Positions 36,358-49,019 of a stretch of 64,000 bases of DNA are shown here, one piece after another. Position 1 is the stretch's first letter. Every line of letters starts with the position of its first letter. The notes under the pieces are model-generated. The model was not told the origin of the DNA. It was given only the letters and a program-made list of their open reading frames with translations, and made no database searches. The DNA comes from Pocillopora damicornis (taxonomy: Eukaryota): NCBI RefSeq assembly GCF_003704095.1, contig NW_020844003.1:1-64000 (forward strand). Reading direction: 5' to 3'. A program made the position numbers and the translations under genes.

Positions 36358-39300
36358 TCTCTGTTTTTACTTTGTTTACCCCTCTTAAGATATTGAACAT
36401 CTATGAGCTAAGAGAAAAATGATAACACATTACTTTTTTAACTACTTTTGAGCTGTTTCTGCTTCCAAGATCATAAACTTTAATCTTATTTTAAAAGACA
36501 TCCAATATGTGATTTTGAATGCTGTGATAAACTTACGAGTGAACGAGTTAGCTGAAAGACTCGGTGCTCGAGTCCCTTAATTAGCTAGTGCTGAACATAA
36601 GATTAGATAAATTTTATGTGAGGCGGGCAAAATATGAAATAAAAATCCGTGTTGCGCTGTAGAATCAAACCAAAACGTATAATCCCTCTCGATTTATGGG
36701 TTAACCAGTTTTTTCTTAACAGAAGTAGCAAGTTCTGTTCCACACGTGTACCAACTTCTGCTCCTGATAAATGTTAACTTGCACTCCGCAGGCATACCGT
36801 ACGCGATATACGAACGAATGTTGGCTTAAATGCATCTGTAAGCGTATCCAACTCAGACTTGCGAGACAAATGATATCAGTTAGCCGATCAAACGCGTCTC
36901 GTAGTAAAAATGAAAACTATTTACAGCCTCAAATTACCTGAAACGTTACAAAGAAACCCTTCGATCACTACGCCATTGAAGCTATATTTTTAAAATGAAC
37001 CCTATAGGCATGGTGGGATAGATGAGTGTCCAGTCTCCTCGTCCGTGATTGACTTTGACAGTTCAAAATAGGATGTTACTTCTGTTACTCTGTTATTGTT
37101 TAGACGCTTTTCGCGCTATTGCGTTGCATTACTGTCGTAACAGAAGGGAATATTTTTGAAGGCAGCGAGAATAGCGTACGTGGAATGCAATGGGGATTCA
37201 CTGTTTGATGCCGTTCCTTCGAAAGTTAAAAAGTGTTTACGGGCCTGCGCGACTCCTATCATTCCACCACGACCACTTCGTTTTCAGAGGGCAACTGACA
37301 AGATTAAAAAAGATTCGAAATACGCTTAAAGACTAGAGGATACCTAGATGAAGGTTTTGAGAAGCGTATCTCTGGAGTTATTTTCTGCGAGAGAGATAGA
37401 ATACTTAATAACAAAAATAAATTACGCAGAAGAAAATATTGCCTTTTGTAACACAATCTCATCCTGTTTTGCCAAACTCTGAGAACTTACAGATGGGGAA
37501 ATGACACCTTAAAACTAACCCTGATATGACATCGCAAAGGAAATGTCATAATAAGAGCTAAAATTTAAAGGCAGCCGCCAGTGAATGAGAGGATTCACTT
37601 AGGCCCGTTAACACCTTGTTTTAAATGATCGACTGTCTTTTGCTTTCCGGCTTACCTAGCGTGTCGCCTTGCGCAATGTAGAGTTACTGATTTGTCAAAT
37701 GGCTCCTTTCATTGCCAATTCAATTGTCCTTCATTCAGTGATCAAGATAGTAGATTTCGCATACAGTACGACGATCATTTAATTTGATTTTACTGAAGAA
37801 AATAGATTTACAACACGATTGAGTATACATGGGAAATGTCCTTGCAATAGTAACGCCATGTAACGCAGTACACTACACACAACAATAGGCCTTTTCGCGC
37901 AAACACTAGCAGTTAAAATCCATAAAACACGAGTACCGTTGGAGAACGTTTAAGAGCTTTTGGTCAGAGCTGTAAGAGAAAGATCAAAGCAGCCATCCGA
38001 ATCTTTGAAAAGCTTCAAACTACGACGCACATCAAATTTGACACTTTCGAAAACCAGTCTCAACTTACATACTAAAAAACAGTGATTGTGTTTGTCCCGG
38101 AGAACTGTTGAATACGCGACAAATGCGTACAAAAAATAATTCTACACATTCAGAATAAATCAAATTTTATTGTCCATGGTGAAAGGAAAAAGGAACAACC
38201 CAACTTTTTTACGGAATGTTCAGTCAAAATCAGCCGGTTTCTGCCACTTTCACCGCCGTATTGAAAATAACGCTACCATAATGCAACGCAATCGTAGTGC
38301 GCATACCGCCTGGTTGTTGTTTAAGGTGTGATGTCCGCATGATGTTTTCACGCCACAGCGTGATCAACATTTCAGTCTTATATCATGAGATAATGACGCG
38401 ATTCTACTGCTTACAAATTTCCGACCAAGAAAATGTCTCTTAATCATCTAAACGATTCTAAATTTTGGGGAGTGAAAATTCAGAAAGTTTCGTTGATAGC
38501 AATCCAACAATATTTATAAAAAATTGGTTTACCACAAAATCACTACAGGGGTGATAATTTTTTAACGAAGTACTTACTTCCATGACATTCCCCACGTAAC
38601 TCAGACCTTGTTCCACCAATTCCGTCGGATTAAAGATGCCTATTTCGCGAAATATTTGTTAAATCACACTTGAGTCCGCACTTGACCCTTTGTCTGACGT
38701 CCTCAATCACAGCCCGGTCTTATGATCATCCAGAAGAGTATTGTGATCCTTCAGACACTCGACTAAGCTGCGACTATCCGGTGATCCGATGACGAACTAT
38801 CCAGTGGTGGTGATTGGTCAGTTTTCATAGAAGCAGTAAATGGTTTCTACACTTTGGACTAGCTTGGCGTTTTTTAAATTTAGATGTTTGAGGAATATTC
38901 CCATGAGTCTCGATCCAAGATAACCCCAAATATTCCCGTTATCTCCAGATGACGCGTTCCCTGAAATAGGTTTGTTCTTTCGTCCTGAATATCGAATTAT
39001 CTCAGGGCCCTCGACCAGACCTAAGATAAAGTTATTATTTGTTTGTTTGTTTATTTATCTACTTATTTGTTTACCAATTTCTTTACCTCGAGGAGCCGTG
39101 TTGATCGCACCTCATGTGTCCGTGCGTGCACTGACACGGGAGTGGGAGTGTAATCACATGTAGAACTTTTGTGGAGCGCACATGACCACAGTTAACTAAT
39201 TACACGAGCTCCAATGAAGAAGTAAACATTGCTGAATTTCGCCATCCATCCATTGTCATCTTAAGAAATATTAACAAAAACGCTGAGGAATCCAATAACC

Positions 39301-40099
39301 GATTTACAGTTCTCTTCCTGATGTGTTTCATCGTTCAAGGTGAGGTTCTGTAGGGATATCTGTATCTCTTCAGTAGCTCGCGGTATGATATTTGAACCAA
39401 AAGTCGTGATCAAAACTATAATGCGTCTATTCACCCGTATTGTAGCATTGAAGATTATTACAGAGTACGTGAATATAAACAACATGTACACTGAGTATAT
39501 AAAAGAGATATCTCCACACATTTTCCTATTATTGGGTAAGGAAAATTGTATTGTCTGGTCAGTGGCATCCAGGTTCAAGGGAGTTCAGACACCTCCCCCC
39601 TCCACCTATCGGACCATCTGTATGGTTTTTTTTAAACGTGTCTGACGCAAAAATTATTGCAACGGTTGCGCGTCACTATTCAATTTCTCAATTTCTTATC
39701 TTCCTCAGGCCGAAAAGAACAAAATTCATATGAGTTTTTTTTTTTTAATTTTTTATCTGAAAAGTGATCGAAATTTGCATCCCTCCCAACCTTACATCCG
39801 CTGTAGAGTAGTCATTGGTCAAGTGATCTCTCTCATTCCTTTGATTCAACTGTCTTTTGTTCAATAATTAAGAAAATACATTTAGCGTACAATACTCGTA
39901 ATCAGTTATTTTACTTTCACTTAGGAGAGTAGATTTACGGCACGATTGGAAGTTCCTTACAGTAGTGACGCTATGTGACCTTATGTAACGCAATACACTA
40001 CATCCGCTCCAATTGTTTTCCCAGCGGCAACCTGTCGCCTGGAACTTCCAGGTTGTATCCATAGGAGATCTCCTCGCATGTGATTGATAAGTTACTTGC

Positions 40100-40296
40100 C
40101 GGCGACACATACACTTAGCGATTTTCACCGATCACGGCGATCGACGAAATAAGCCAAGTGTGCCTGCTGTAGCGATGGCGTTGTTCGCCGATCGCCGTGA
40201 TCGGCGTTGAAAATCATGCTAGATAACGGCGATTTTCGCCGGCGATCAACTTCGCACCGATTGGCTTATAAAATCGCTAAGTGTGTAACCGACTTT
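40100..40296. mobile_element. Palindromic MITE
   Basis: TIR ACACTTAGCGATTTT / AAAATCGCTAAGTGT and internal inverted pair CCGATCACGGCGATCG / CGATCGCCGTGATCGG. Confidence 0.75.
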
Positions 40297-41301
40297 ACAA
40301 TTTGAAATGCCTGTTGGTAATGTAAGAAAGCCCGACCGGCTTAGGACAATAGTCTGGTATACCGGAATAAATTTTTCTTTATGTTTTTTCCTCTGGATAT
40401 GCTTTTAATTAAAATTACAGTTCACTGAGGATAATTTGGAAAATTGTTCCGCACAAGGACCGACAATGACAAATATTACTATGCAACAATCAATCATCAG
40501 CATGATAACCCAGACACCTGAGGCACCCTTAGGTCATACAGACGACCAGCCGAATCTTTCAGAAATATACCCTCAGTGGGCATTCCATCCGTTGGCAGAC
40601 GTCTATAGACCTTTCAGAAATATTCTCTCAGTAGGCATTACATCCGATGGCATTAATATGTCTTACAAAATAAACACTCGGGCTAAAAATCCCAATTGCA
40701 CTACATGCTTGCACCAAAGTAATTTTAAAGAACACGTTTTTGCCATCTTTTAAGGAGATTTTCTTTTCAACAAATTAAAGTTTCATAAAAAAAAGTTATA
40801 AAAAGCCCTGAAAGTGACACTTACGGAATACAACTTAAAAACCCAAATAATACCGAAGAATTAGTTTGTTTTCAGTCTTTCATCATTGTTAATCCGACGG
40901 CAGGCAAAATCACCTTGTTAGCTACTAATTCCTTATCAACTACATTTACCTGGTAGGGAGTCTCGGTCAGCGAAAATCAGCGCAAAAGTAAGTGTGCGTA
41001 GTAGTTTCCCTGACAAGAACAACCACTGTTTGTCACTAAACTGTTGTTTCACTCGCCTCCACTAATCGAGATATTTTGGTTTTATCGATTGAGGTGATAT
41101 GGTTGACACTGTTTACGGTGACAAATTCACATAACAAAACTTAACTGATGAAACACGATTATCCTGTAATGTCCCGAGCGACGCAGCGCCACAGTTTCGT
41201 AGGAAATGTTCCCCCCCTTTATCCACTGATCGAGAACTTGGAACAGGATGGAACAGGTTGCATTTGGCTTAAGTGTCCACTTGCGTTTTATAACGATACT
41301 A

Positions 41302-41538
41302 GGCCAAGTTTTTCCAAGGCCGATCAGCGCTAACCTATGGTTAAAGTTTGTTCTGAGTTTCTCTATTCCTTTGTTCAAAAGCCTTCATAGGATAACTTTT
41401 TCTATTCCTTTTAGAGCATCCAATTATCAAATTTTAGACAAAAAATTTTACTGATTTTTCTTTTAAAGCTTTCAGGTCTGAAATCAGATTTTACACTAAC
41501 CCTGGGTTATATTAACCCGACTACGAACAATCCGGCCC
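41302..41538. mobile_element. MITE (family shared with 32889-33110)
   Basis: GGCCAAGTTTTTCCAAG ... CGAACAATCCGGCCC imperfect TIRs, and internal homology to 32889-33110. Confidence 0.6.
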
Positions 41539-41789
41539 TGATCAATAAACACCATCTTATTTCACTCCACTTTTTTTCCCTTTCAATGGCTAGCTGTTCC
41601 ATGCGCGTGCCGCTCTTTAGCCTCTGTGGAATGTCTTTTAAGGTGTGCACATTTCAATTCTCTGTTCTGTACCTGCAGGGTCTTGCAGTTCTTCTGCTGT
41701 TTATAGTGGCATTTTTATTCATATCAACTTTACCGATGGCTATGTACCTCTATCAACGAGACAAAACTACACGCTGAAAATTGTTAAGA

Positions 41790-44700
41790 ATGAACTGGAA
41801 TTGCATGCACCGCATTATTCTTTACTTCTTGCTAAGTGCCATTGTTCAAGGTATGTTTTCTTATGAAACACAATTATTGTGCTGGAATGACCAGGTCTTG
41901 TTTGGTAGAAGTATAGACCCTTGTGTCTCTAGGTAAGAAGATATTTTCTAAGATCTCACAGACACATGCCCAAAAGCTTTTAAAAGCTGATGAAGAAAAT
42001 CTAGTCATAATTTCCCCCGAAAAATAAAAACGGCCGAAAGCTTAAGTCCACACACTAGCCTGGTGTCAACCTTTGAGACTGACGAAACAAATTCAAAAAA
42101 GGGTTTGAGACGAGTAGTATCACTTCGATCTTACCTTTTCAAACATTGGATTTCTGTTTTTTAAACATAGAGATATAAGGCTTTTTAGCATAACACTGCA
42201 TGTGGAATAAGATGGCATCTTTATTCCCACAGGTCGCGTCTCTAAAGCAACCAACTTTTATACTTCGCGCGCAACAGGGAATGACAGCTGGTCATGTGAT
42301 CAAACAGAACCATGTAAAACCATTTGGAGGGCAGTGTCTTTGGCTTCAGACGGGGATATAATTTACCTGGATGGTACCAACACTGACCAAGATCCCTACA
42401 ACTGTCTATCAACACAACATCCGGGGCTTTATATCAATAAAAGCCTTGCCTTGGTAGGAATTGGACCCACGCCTCGGCATATAAGATGCTCTGAGGGGGC
42501 AAGTTTGACATTCGACGGCTCCGGAAACGCCACGCAGATAAATGTTACACTATCAGGGCTATTCGTAAATGACAGCTTGGTGTACTTTCAAGACTCTTCC
42601 GTTAACATTTATGGCTGCCAATTCGTTGGCAGCAAACATGGCGTGAAGTTTGTGATAAACATAAGAGTGGTGTCTGATATTGTTATTACCGATTCAAAGT
42701 TTGTTAAAAACATGGAATGCATCTCAATTTTTGTCACGGATTCAAGGATTGGATCTCCAATTATACAACAAAACTTCATTTTAAAGAATTCTACTATGTC
42801 CGAAAACAACATTGCCAAAGGCGGAAATTTCATTTCCTTCACTGAATCTCCAGATAACAAAAAGACTGTAAACTGTTTTATCGTTGTGGAAACTGTAACA
42901 TTTTCCGGGAACACGTACAACTCAAAAGGCCTCATTTACCTCCGGTTCAAAAATGGTGATCAATACTTTCAATACCATGAGGTGAAATCCATAAACAACC
43001 GACCATTACCGATAAAGGAAAAATTGATCGATCATCAGAGGAACAGTGAGTTTACCTTCAATTGCCAAAATGTGAGTATTTCTATCAACTCAAGCAACTT
43101 AACAGCTCAAAATGCAAGAACGCTAAATATGTCTGCAACCAACATTTTATTGCAAATCTCTAATTCACGTTTCAACCGTCACCGATCGGCAAGATATGGA
43201 GGGGTTGTATCCTTAAAGGGATCTGGTGAATGTGACCTGAAAATATCAAACTCGTCATTTATCAACAATACCGTTAATCAAGATAATGGCGGAGCTATCG
43301 AAACTGAATGCGCTAGAGTCAGGTGTACTTTAACAAGCAGTACTTTTACAGGTAACACGGCTGTGAAAGGAAATGGAGGAGCAGTAGATCTCCGAGTCAT
43401 CCCCTCTATTTCCAATTATTTCAAAAAAGAAAATGAAAAGAAAGACAATGATTTAGAGGTTGTAGTTAGAAATGTAAGATTTAACAATTGCAGCGCGCTT
43501 TATGGTGGAGCGCTAAGCATCGTTTATGATGGAGGAAATCTTGGTGTTGTTACTATAAGCAACAGCTTCTTTATATCTAACGAGGCTCCTGTTGGGAAAG
43601 GTGGAGCCATCCAAGTCAAGCCAGTTACTGGTGATAAATCTCAACGAATGCACAGCAATATTGGTGTTATAATCCGTGGGTCAATATTTACCAACAACAC
43701 CGCAGCAATTGCAGGTGGTGCCATTTATGTAAACGTGATCGATCAAAGTAGCGTTATTATAGAGAAAGTAATAATCGAACGGAGTAGGGGTTTGTTAGGC
43801 GGATGTACCATTGTTGGATCCAGCTCATCCTTAAAAATACTTAATTGTAGCTTTGCAAATAACTTAGCAAATGCCTTGGCGATATTTCACAATGTGAAAA
43901 ACGTTGAAATCCTAGATTCGTCATTTGTGGGTAATTTCCCTTTAAGTGGATCATTTGGAGGGGCCCTTGTTATTTCGGATTATATGAAATGCAAACCGGA
44001 ACAATGGCAACAAGGATCATATACGATCATTCAGAACACAACATTTAAAAGTAATATAGCAGTGAATAGTGGTGGAGCTGTGTACTTAGCTAACTGCAAG
44101 ACAAAAATTCGGAATTGTCATTTTTTTGACAATTTCGCCCAACGTTACGGTGATCATGTATACGCGCTGAAAACAAACAATTTGACGATACTAGACAGCA
44201 TTTATAAGCAAACCGGAAACAAGCCTCGATTAATCAACGGAATGTATCACTCTGACCATTCTTCACTTATTGACATAGTTGATATAGAAACTCTGGTTAT
44301 GTCCAACACAACAGTGGAAAGCAAGGCATACAGTCGTGATAAAGGTTTGATGATGGCGACCAGCATCAGTGGTAAGGTAATGCTTGGAAACGACAGCTTC
44401 CCAGTGGAGTTTATTTGTCCTGTTGGAAGTAAAATTAATATTAATTGTATGCCTGGTATCCTGTCCACTCCAGACCGACCTTGCGCGTCTCATCGTCATG
44501 GTGGAGTCTCTGGTATTCAATTGAGATGCTCTGTTTGTGAGGGAAATTCCTATAGTCTGCAACGTGGTCGAGCCAGAGGAACCCAGTTTGTTTCACCATT
44601 TAAGTGTCATCCTTGCCCATTTGGTGCAAACTGTACTAAACATATAGTCGCCAAACGTGACTTTTGGGGCTTCAAAGAGCAGCGAAACTCTTCGCTGCTA

Positions 44701-46254
44701 AGGTTCACCATGTGTCCTATGGGGTATTGTAGCCAGCCGACGGAAGAAGACTTTCCTGAATATAACAGTTGTCAAGGAAACCGGTCTGGCCAATTGTGTG
44801 GGAAGTGTAAAGACAACTACACAAAGACTCTTTACTCTACAGAATGCATACCATTAGACCCGTGCAATATTTATTGGTACTGGGCCATAGCTTTAGTTTA
44901 TGTATCACTCTTGGCTTTGTACTTAACGTTTAGGCCTCCGATGGTACCTTGGATTAAGCGTCAGATCTTGTGGTTCAAGCAGAAAGAGCCCGTGGGCCAG
45001 AAGGTCATCTTCGAGAAAGGGTATCTGAAGATTCTTTTCTACTTTTATCAAGCAGCAAATCTTGTTCTTATCTCTGGCTCATCCCAGTTGGCTATAAAAG
45101 ACAAAATCATTGAACCAATAGTTGGTGTGTTCAACTTCAGATCTGGTTCTCTTCAGGGATTCAATTGTCCATTTACTGGTCTCTCGGTGGTAACAGAGCA
45201 GCTATTGTTAGAATTTCACGTTGTTTGCACGTTGCTTGTAATATGTGCTTTGTATTGCGTGCTTTGTGGTTTTCAGAAGCTCCGTGGCAAAGGGAATCCA
45301 TCTCCTGGTCCATATATAGGTGGCATCTTGCAAGCTACTTTGCTAGGGTATACAATCATAGCAACCAAAAGCTTCAGTTTGTTGCGTTGTGTTGATATTG
45401 GTGGGGAGAAGCGTTTGTTTTTTGATGGTAGCATTGTTTGTTTTCAATGGTGGCAGCGTCTTTTGACGGGATTTGTTTGTGGTTACGTGGTACCTTTTTT
45501 GTTTGTCCTCCTTTGGGGCTCTTGTAAGCTATACGATGACACTATCTCGGTGAAGACTTTCATCGTGGCTTGTTTTTTGCCTCTGCCACTGCTATTCTAT
45601 TGGTCTTATGGTGTGTTGCGTGCAACGTTGAGAGGCACAGTCCCTGAAATTGCACCTCCGAGGCAAGATTCAAAAAGGTATCTAGAAATAGTTCTCTATG
45701 ACTCCTTTAAAAGACCTGATGAAGGAAGTAAACTGTGCCTCTGTTGGGAAAGTGTCATGATTGGCCGTCGACTGATTCTTGCTGCGCTGAAGTCATTCGT
45801 CAGCGACCCATTGCCTCGAGTCGTTATTATGAATTTGCTAAGTGTTTTGTTTCTTATTCACCACACTTTAACTCTGCCATTTCGTGATGGTATTGCAAAC
45901 GTAATTGAGACCATTTCACTGGCTTTTATTGTTGTTTTGGGATCTGTGAACGTGTTCTTTGCTTCGTTTGTGTCGTTGGGTGTTTCAATCGACGACAAGG
46001 CCTTTCGACACTGGTGGAATGTTTTGCAAGTGGTTGAGCTCGTAATTCTCAGCTTAGTACCCACATGTTTTTTGCTGGTACTGGTCGTGGCTGTTGTCTC
46101 TCTATTGTTCCGAATAAACGTTGTGAGTATTCGTGGGATGTACAGAATCTTGAACTCCTTTTGTGCGCGTTCCAAGAACCAGACAGAAGAGAAGAGATCA
46201 CTAATGGCAGTTCACTTAGATCAAGACAAGGCTACAATTGGTGGTAAAAGATGA
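41790..46254 (+). CDS. Signal peptide + polymorphic-membrane-protein-like (GGA[ILV]/FxxN) beta-helix + Cys-rich region + multi-pass (~7-8 TM) receptor-like protein, ~1360 aa
   Basis: Exon 41790-41850 (MNWNCMHRIILYFLLSAIVQG, phase-1 donor) joins 42233-46254 in frame. Seven GGA[ILV] motifs are each preceded by an FxxN-type motif. Cys motifs CHPCPFGANC, CPMGYC and CQGNRSGQLCGKC, then YLKILFYFYQ and a series of hydrophobic helices. Confidence 0.88.
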
Positions 46255-47480
46255 CCATACTACTGTGCAGCCTATCTGCGAGGAAAAGCACTCATCCGCA
46301 TCGTTCAAATCAACAGAGAAAGCAGCAAATTAAGAAACAAATGAACCGGCTTAATATCTACCAAGAAAAACTCTGTCTTTGATTCGGAGTCAGTCTTCTT
46401 CCTTCCTTTAGAAAATCTTTTCGAAGGTGGCTTCCTAGTTATTCCTAGAAGATGGAAGCAAACTGTCCCTGTGTTGGGAAGGTGTTATGATTGGCCTTCG
46501 GCTAATTATTGTTGCACTGAAGTCACTTATCAGAGACATATATTTTATAGATATTGTGTAAACTATACCCTCACAGAGACAGAACGAACATTTTGCATTT
46601 TGTAGGGAGCAGAAAGTTATCGGTGCGCTAAGAGCCGTGTGTCGTGACTCGAAATGTTCACATCAATGAAATCTTTTTAGGTCTTTAGTTGGTTTGCGTC
46701 AGTTGCGCTTTGAACTTACATTTTCTTTGAGTAAAACACGGTGTCGATTCATCTATGAGACTCGGGCAAGAAATTAAATCCAAAATTGTTTATTTTGGCT
46801 ACGGTCAACTTTGAAGTCTCGGATTATCATTTTCATGTGACGCCACAGAGTTTGAGGGTTCACCATGTTTATCAGGGATTGACAGCTCAGTTCGAGGTTA
46901 ACAATAAGATTTTCCGAGTTTCAATTTACGCTTTTCGCTCTACATATGTGAGTGGCCCGGACCGAATAGAAAGTAGCCGCTTTTTTCGTTACTTCTCTTT
47001 CTCTCTTCGAGCTCCAAAAAATATTCGCTTTTTAAACACAAATAGTTACTGATGACCAGTTTATCAGTTTTACGTGCGTAAAGATTTGACAATTGGTCAG
47101 TGATGAGTCAAAAAACCTTCAGGTATCCCAATACTACATAAATGCAGTTTTTTTTGTCTCGTTAACCATGGATTTTCAGTTTTGTATCGGAGGTTTCCAT
47201 CGGTCAACGTATTAAATTTTTTGAGAATGCGATCCGATTTGGTTTATTTATGTAATTATCTACCTAAAAATCCCTCGTAGACTTTCGTCACACCTTAGAT
47301 AACCTTTATTTCACCAGCAGCCATTTTACACTCAATGGAGTAGCGTGTTTATATAACCCTTGTAAATATTGGCCGTTACATGACTATATATTTACCAGTT
47401 ATTATAACTAAACTGTTATTTCTCATTATTATCCTGTAAAGAATCTCTGTAAGTTACTTTAAACTCTCTCCCCAGACCAC

Positions 47481-49019
47481 TCACTTTAGCGGCTTTAACT
47501 TCATTTCACTGAACTTCAGAGAAGTTTCTTTCCTCAGCTTCTTCTTCCGCCAAACGATACCAAAGTGATGGGGGGCTCTATCTTCTCGGTTTATGTACTC
47601 CCCATTCAGATTGCAGTGAAGGCAACTTTTGTACCACCATCCTCCCTTAAAGCGCTCGGCACAGTTGCTCTTAGACTTATCATTGTCCTTGTCTTTGGTG
47701 GAGAAGTACATGGACCTGTGCAGACGGAGAGCATCACCAGCAGAGCCTTTCCCCTTGCTTAATGTTATTTGGTACAGGGAGGCTTCGTCACTAACATTAA
47801 ATTTCTGATACGTGGTAGTAAACGTTTTGTGGGGGTGATCCCAGGCCTCCAGCTCCACTCGTAAAGCAACCGTACGATTGACTGTCAATCGATGGAGGTT
47901 TTCATTTCCAAGCCAAAAACTTGTCCTCCTTCCCAGCCTACCAAAACCGTTTCTGTACTCGGTCCAATTCCGAGAGAAGTCCTCCTTGTTGTTGATCCTT
48001 CTCTGGAAAACTGTCCAACCACCTCCATCTGTTTTCATGTCGCAAAACACCTTGATCGCGCCTTTCCCATCGGGGTCGATGCGGTACAAGCCATTTCGGG
48101 ATTCGGTAACTTCGGAGCAGTCTGTTGGGATAAGTCAGTGTTTTTCAATAAAGTATTACTTCATTTGTTAAGGTATCAAACGTCCTTGTTTGTCTATGGA
48201 CAAGAGATTTGACATTGTGGAAGCACAGTGCGACTTTCTTCAAATTTATTGGGATCTTGAGCAGTCAGCAAGGCAACGCCAAGGAAGACGTTGATTAGAA
48301 AAAGGAATTTCCTTTTTCAGTTAGAAAGATTCCAAATTAAAATCAAAATAATTTGACGTCGCGCTTTCCGTTCGCAGACGACGCAAATTGTAGTGGTTTC
48401 ACATTGTTATGTAAGAAATGTACAAAGTTTTAAAACGCACGTACTGAGCTATTGTTCTGCCCATTAGATCTTTTGTTTTGCCACGTTTTCCTTGCCGTCG
48501 CCGTCATGGTTTACTGAAGGTCCCTATCGTAATCTACCACATCTAAGAGACTTTTTTTTTTTTAATTAAACAGCTTTAGCAATTTTTACTGATATTGAAC
48601 TTTGGCTCGCGCGTTTTCACATTTTATAGTTTTAGGTGAATATAAAATTATCGACTGAAAAAATCTAACGAGGCAAAAAACCAAATCGTAGCTTACGTTA
48701 GTAGATGCCTCAAAACTGCTCAATACAGCCGTCACACTGAGGATTACTAAGGGCGTTGTTGGGAGGAGGGGGGATATTCATCTGGTAAACTTGTCCCTNN
48801 NNNNNNNNNNNNNNNNNNNNNNNNNNNNNNNNNNNNNNNCTTCCCCCTCCCTGCCCATTTGACGTGCAGACCATCTTTCATGAAACAATAGTTGGGAAAA
48901 TATGTCCCAGAATTCATAGCGCAATTAAAAGTTGGCCTACCTTTTGGTAAACCTTCGGCAGGTTTAGTAAATGCGAGGGATGACATCATGATTATCAACC
49001 ACAAGCTTGTTACATCCAT
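47481..49019 (-). CDS. Secreted single-domain fibrinogen-related protein (ficolin/techylectin/MFAP4-like), 239 aa
   Basis: Exon 49019-48941 (signal peptide MDVTSLWLIIMMSSLAFTKPAEG-LPK, donor AAG|GTAGGC) joins 48121-47481 to give LPKDCSEV. FReD motifs VFCDMKTDGGGWTVFQRR, FWLGNENLH, FSTKDKDND and GGWWYKSC. Confidence 0.9.

Noticed and set aside
42334-46254. Bacterial contamination or recent HGT of a Pmp autotransporter
   Set aside because: It has a spliced signal-peptide exon, eukaryotic Cys-rich and alpha-helical TM regions, and no beta-barrel.
48697-48782. Frameshifted signal-peptide-like exon (MNIP...VILSVTAVLSSFEASTN) with a GTAAGC donor in the FReD intron
   Set aside because: It needs a homopolymer correction and has the wrong phase for the 48121 acceptor. 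The 49019-48941 exon fits perfectly.
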